A stretch of 64,000 nucleotides of DNA from Candidatus Nanopelagicales bacterium (lineage in GTDB: Bacteria; Actinomycetota; Actinomycetes; S36-B12), in contig JAFMDS010000006.1 in the NCBI GenBank assembly GCA_017857175.1, forward strand, positions 575-64,574, given 5' to 3'. Position numbers and translations under genes: made by a program. Shown here piece after piece: positions 60,862 through 64,000 of the stretch. Below the pieces are notes generated by a model. The model saw nothing but the letters and a program-made list of their open reading frames with translations, did not search any database and was not told where the DNA came from. Each line of letters opens with the position of its first letter. Position 1 is the first letter of the stretch.

Positions 60862-61680
60862 GTGTCATGGTTTGAGGCAATTTTTCTTGGTGTTGTTCAA
60901 GGATTAACCGAATTCCTGCCCATCTCATCCTCGGCACATCTGTTTATTACTAGTCAAATCTTTGGTTGGTCTGATCCAGGTGCTGCATTTACAGCGGTAA
61001 CACAGATCGGAACCGAGACTGCGGTAATTTTGTTTTTTTGGCGGGATATCGTCCGCATCATTGGAACATGGGCTCGCTCGCTTGTCACTCCGGCGTTGCG
61101 CAGCAATCTCGATGCGCGCATGGGTTGGTACGTGATCATTGGAACGATTCCCATCGGCATTCTCGGTTTTGCATTTGCCGAACAAATAGAAACTACGGCG
61201 AGGAATTTATGGTTGGTCGCATCCACCCTCATCATCTTTGGCTTGATACTTGGCGCTGCAGACAAATATGGACGCAAGAACCGCACAATTGAATCTCTTA
61301 ACCTTAAAGATGGCCTCCTATTTGGACTGGGGCAAGCCTTAGCTCTAATTCCTGGTGTGTCACGCTCAGGTGCCACCATCAGTGCGGGTCTGACAATGGG
61401 ATACGACCGCGTTGCGGCTACCCGCTATGCCTTTTTGCTTGCGATACCAGCGGTCATGGGCTCCGGGCTCTATGAAGCAACCAAGATTGGTGATGAACCT
61501 AACGTTCAATGGGGTCAAACAATTTTGGCTACGGTAATCGCTTTCGCGGTTGGGTTAGCAGTCATCGCATGGTTGCTACGATGGCTCGCCACTCGCACGT
61601 ACACGCCATTTGTTATTTACCGAGTTGCACTCGGAATCCTCGTACTGGTGCTTCTGGCAACGGGAACAATCAGTAGCTAA
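60862..61680 (+). CDS. uppP: Undecaprenyl-diphosphate phosphatase
   Basis: [31 protein letters not shown]. Confidence 0.95.
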   Translation: MSWFEAIFLGVVQGLTEFLPISSSAHLFITSQIFGWSDPGAAFTAVTQIGTETAVILFFWRDIVRIIGTWARSLVTPALRSNLDARMGWYVIIGTIPIGILGFAFAEQIETTARNLWLVASTLIIFGLILGAADKYGRKNRTIESLNLKDGLLFGLGQALALIPGVSRSGATISAGLTMGYDRVAATRYAFLLAIPAVMGSGLYEATKIGDEPNVQWGQTILATVIAFAVGLAVIAWLLRWLATRTYTPFVIYRVALGILVLVLLATGTISS

Positions 61681-62738
61681 AGCCAACCACTCTTTTTGAA
61701 AGCTCGATAAAGAACGCCACAGACAACAAGCATTCCGCCTAGGGCGAGCGGGTATGCATACTCATATCGCAACTCGGGCATATTCTCGAAGTTCATACCG
61801 AAAATGCTGGCCGCCAAGGTTGGAACTGCTGCGATAGCGACCCATGCTGAGATCTTTCGCACATCTGAGTTCTGCTTTAAATCTTGTAATGCTGTTGACG
61901 CCATCAGCATGGTGAGTAATGAATTGTCTATTGCGTCGACGGTCTCATGTACCCGCAAGATGTGCTCTCCAATGTCCTCGAAGAATGGCTTGAGAACTTC
62001 TGGAATTGATTCATCCGTGTTACCAATGAACCGCTGGGCTGCCATCGTGAGGGGGGATACTGCCCTGCGAACGGAAATATTCTCGCGTTTGAGTTGGTAA
62101 ATCAATTTAGTCGTCTGAGCCGTTGGATCCATCGAGAAGACTTCTTGCTCGATCTCTCTCATGTCGTCGTGGACTTCTTCGGCCACTGCAAGATAGCCAT
62201 CAACGGTAATGTCCATGACCGCATACAGCACTGCGAGTGGACCGTGGGTACGCAAACGCTCACTTGCTGAAATCCGCTGACGAACAGTAGTGAGATCGCC
62301 TGCGGTCCCGTGTCGAACCGTGATTGCGAACCAAGGACCGATGAAAACGGAAGTCTGACCAATCGTAATCTCCTGTGAATCAATCTTGTAGCTCAAAGTC
62401 TTGAGAAGAGCAAAGGCACCATCAGCGCGGATCTCAAATTTGGGGCGTTGTTTAGTGTTGGATGCGTCCTCAACTTCCAGAGGCTCCAGATCGAAGAGTT
62501 CCGCCACGAGTGCGAGTTCAGGTCGTGTTGGGTCAACCAAGCCGACCCAAGCGAATGAACCTGGGACCTCGTGAACCTCGCTGATGAGTTGAACTAGCGA
62601 TTCTCTGGCGTGCGCCCCCGTAAAGTCGTTGTCATGAGGGACATGCATGGTTTCAACGCTCATGCGATCAAATTCACCGTCCGGTGAATAGGTCCCCATC
62701 CGCCTGATCATGTGCCCATTGTCCTCCGATTCTGCCAC
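61677..62738 (-). CDS. corA: CorA-family Mg/Co transporter
   Basis: WVGL.DP, QRPK.E, GMNF.NMPEL, two C-terminal TM helices; start uncertain. Confidence 0.9.
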   Translation of the reverse strand: MAESEDNGHMIRRMGTYSPDGEFDRMSVETMHVPHDNDFTGAHARESLVQLISEVHEVPGSFAWVGLVDPTRPELALVAELFDLEPLEVEDASNTKQRPKFEIRADGAFALLKTLSYKIDSQEITIGQTSVFIGPWFAITVRHGTAGDLTTVRQRISASERLRTHGPLAVLYAVMDITVDGYLAVAEEVHDDMREIEQEVFSMDPTAQTTKLIYQLKRENISVRRAVSPLTMAAQRFIGNTDESIPEVLKPFFEDIGEHILRVHETVDAIDNSLLTMLMASTALQDLKQNSDVRKISAWVAIAAVPTLAASIFGMNFENMPELRYEYAYPLALGGMLVVCGVLYRAFKKSGWL

Positions 62739-62796
62739 CTGCGAACAGCAGGGGAATGGAGTGAGCGTCAGAGGATCTTGGGGCTAGCGTTGGCCC

Positions 62797-63477
62797 ATGG
62801 CAACTGTGATGCTCGTGCGGCATGGTCGTACCGCGGCTAATGCAGGAGGCACACTAGCTGGAACCGCACCGGGCACACATTTGGACGAGCAGGGTGAGGC
62901 TCAGGCCAACGAATTGGGAAAACTCTTGGCGCTCATTGAACCAGCGGCGATTATTGCTTCTCCTTTAGAGCGGACCATGCAGACCGCGGGCATTATGGCC
63001 ACGCATATTGGGGGATCCAAGGAGTTCATAGTCGCGAAAGAACCAGGAATTATCGAATGCGATTACGGTGATTGGACAGGCAAATCCTTGGCGGACTTGA
63101 GCGATCTACCCTTGTGGTCGGTCGTGCAAAATCACCCGAGCTCTGTCGTATTTCCTTCGGGCGAAGGTATGGCCGCTATGCAAGGTCGAGCGGTGTCAGC
63201 AATCCGTAGGTGGAATGAGTTATTAGGGCCCGATGCTCTTTACATCGCGGTGAGTCATGGCGATGTCATTAAGTCCATAGTCGCTGACGCGTTGGGAACA
63301 CACCTAGATCATTTTCAACGCATCACGATCGATCCTTGCTCTGTCTCGGTTATTCGCTACTCGGATAGCCGCCCATTCGTACTCGCGGTGAATGGCAACG
63401 GGTCAAATGTCGAACGATTCGTGACCGCGGCGAAGGAAACCTCAACCGAAGCTGCCGTTGGAGGTGGAACGGCATGA
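62797..63477 (+). CDS. Histidine phosphatase (MSMEG_4193-type phosphomutase family)
   Basis: LVRHG, SPLER..QTA, ECDYGDWTG, SHGDVIK. Confidence 0.9.
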   Translation: MATVMLVRHGRTAANAGGTLAGTAPGTHLDEQGEAQANELGKLLALIEPAAIIASPLERTMQTAGIMATHIGGSKEFIVAKEPGIIECDYGDWTGKSLADLSDLPLWSVVQNHPSSVVFPSGEGMAAMQGRAVSAIRRWNELLGPDALYIAVSHGDVIKSIVADALGTHLDHFQRITIDPCSVSVIRYSDSRPFVLAVNGNGSNVERFVTAAKETSTEAAVGGGTA

Positions 63478-64000
63478 CTCGTCGAGTGATCGAATACAGA
63501 CTCCCTGAAAGATTCATCGTGGGAACCGTAGGCATGCCGGGGGAGCGCGTCTTCTACCTCCAAGCGCGCTCGGCCGGAGCACTTACCGCCGTTGCCTTTG
63601 AAAAACAACAGGCGATTGTGTTGGCTGAACGCATTGATCAGCTGCTCGATGAAGTCCGTTCTTCAAGAGATCCAGAAAACCTAGTTCCCGAGACGGCACC
63701 TGTTGAATTACTCGATTCTGATCCACTAGACATGCCGATCCTCGAGGAGTTCCGGGTAGGCGCAATGGCACTGGGTTGGGATGAAACGGCTATGAACGTG
63801 GTCATCGAAGCTCACGCGATCAGCGACGAAGACTCTCCTGTCCCCGAGTTGGGGGAGGATGGAACTGACGGTCCCGACACCTTGAGAGTGTGGATTAGTG
63901 CACCCTATGCACGTGCTTTCGCTGAACGCGTGCGATTGGTGTCTCAGGCGGGTCGGCCTCCGTGCCCCTTTTGCCAACAACCACTAGAAGCTGACGGGCA
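63474..64000 (+). CDS. DUF3090 family protein, truncated by the window end
   Basis: MTRRVIEYRLPERFIVGTVGMPGERVFYLQAR...EKQQ...EEFRVG...GRPPCPFCQQPL; ATGA overlap with the phosphatase; absent from the ORF track because it has no stop in the window. Confidence 0.88.
   Translation, partial: MTRRVIEYRLPERFIVGTVGMPGERVFYLQARSAGALTAVAFEKQQAIVLAERIDQLLDEVRSSRDPENLVPETAPVELLDSDPLDMPILEEFRVGAMALGWDETAMNVVIEAHAISDEDSPVPELGEDGTDGPDTLRVWISAPYARAFAERVRLVSQAGRPPCPFCQQPLEADG

Noticed and set aside
134-63980. Numerous 60-210 aa ORFs antisense or out of frame to identified genes
   Set aside because: Shadow ORFs of well-supported CDSs, without recognisable motifs
1-64000. CRISPR array, IS element, prophage or defence system
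   Set aside because: No regularly spaced repeats, transposase, integrase, phage or recognisable defence genes seen

Overview
Gene-dense core-chromosome segment of an Actinomycetota bacterium with moderate GC and very short intergenic regions; the compact layout suggests a streamlined aquatic lineage (inference). It runs from the LexA-controlled LysM gene and nrdR-nrdJ, through a SAM-IV riboswitch-metY-metX unit, principal sigma factor, split topoisomerase IV genes, pseudouridine/thymidine salvage, sepH, dut-trkA, acnA, dxs, beta-oxidation genes, rnd, msrB, an acyl-ACP desaturase and tRNA-Leu(GAG), to a DUF3090 gene cut by the window end. I saw no mobile element, prophage or CRISPR array. The most unusual items are: (1) a three-gene operon encoding a PrsW-family protease with a long soluble tail, a small Zn-finger protein and a winged-helix protein, where protease and wHTH share a G-[ML]-W-x-x-L motif; (2) a Cys-Cys-Cys uORF between the SAM-IV riboswitch and metY; (3) heme-synthesis genes missing from two positions where I recall them in related actinobacteria; (4) an N-terminally shortened SepH with a probable CTG start; (5) pervasive leaderless promoter architecture. 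All family assignments come from motif recognition by eye; no database search was run.
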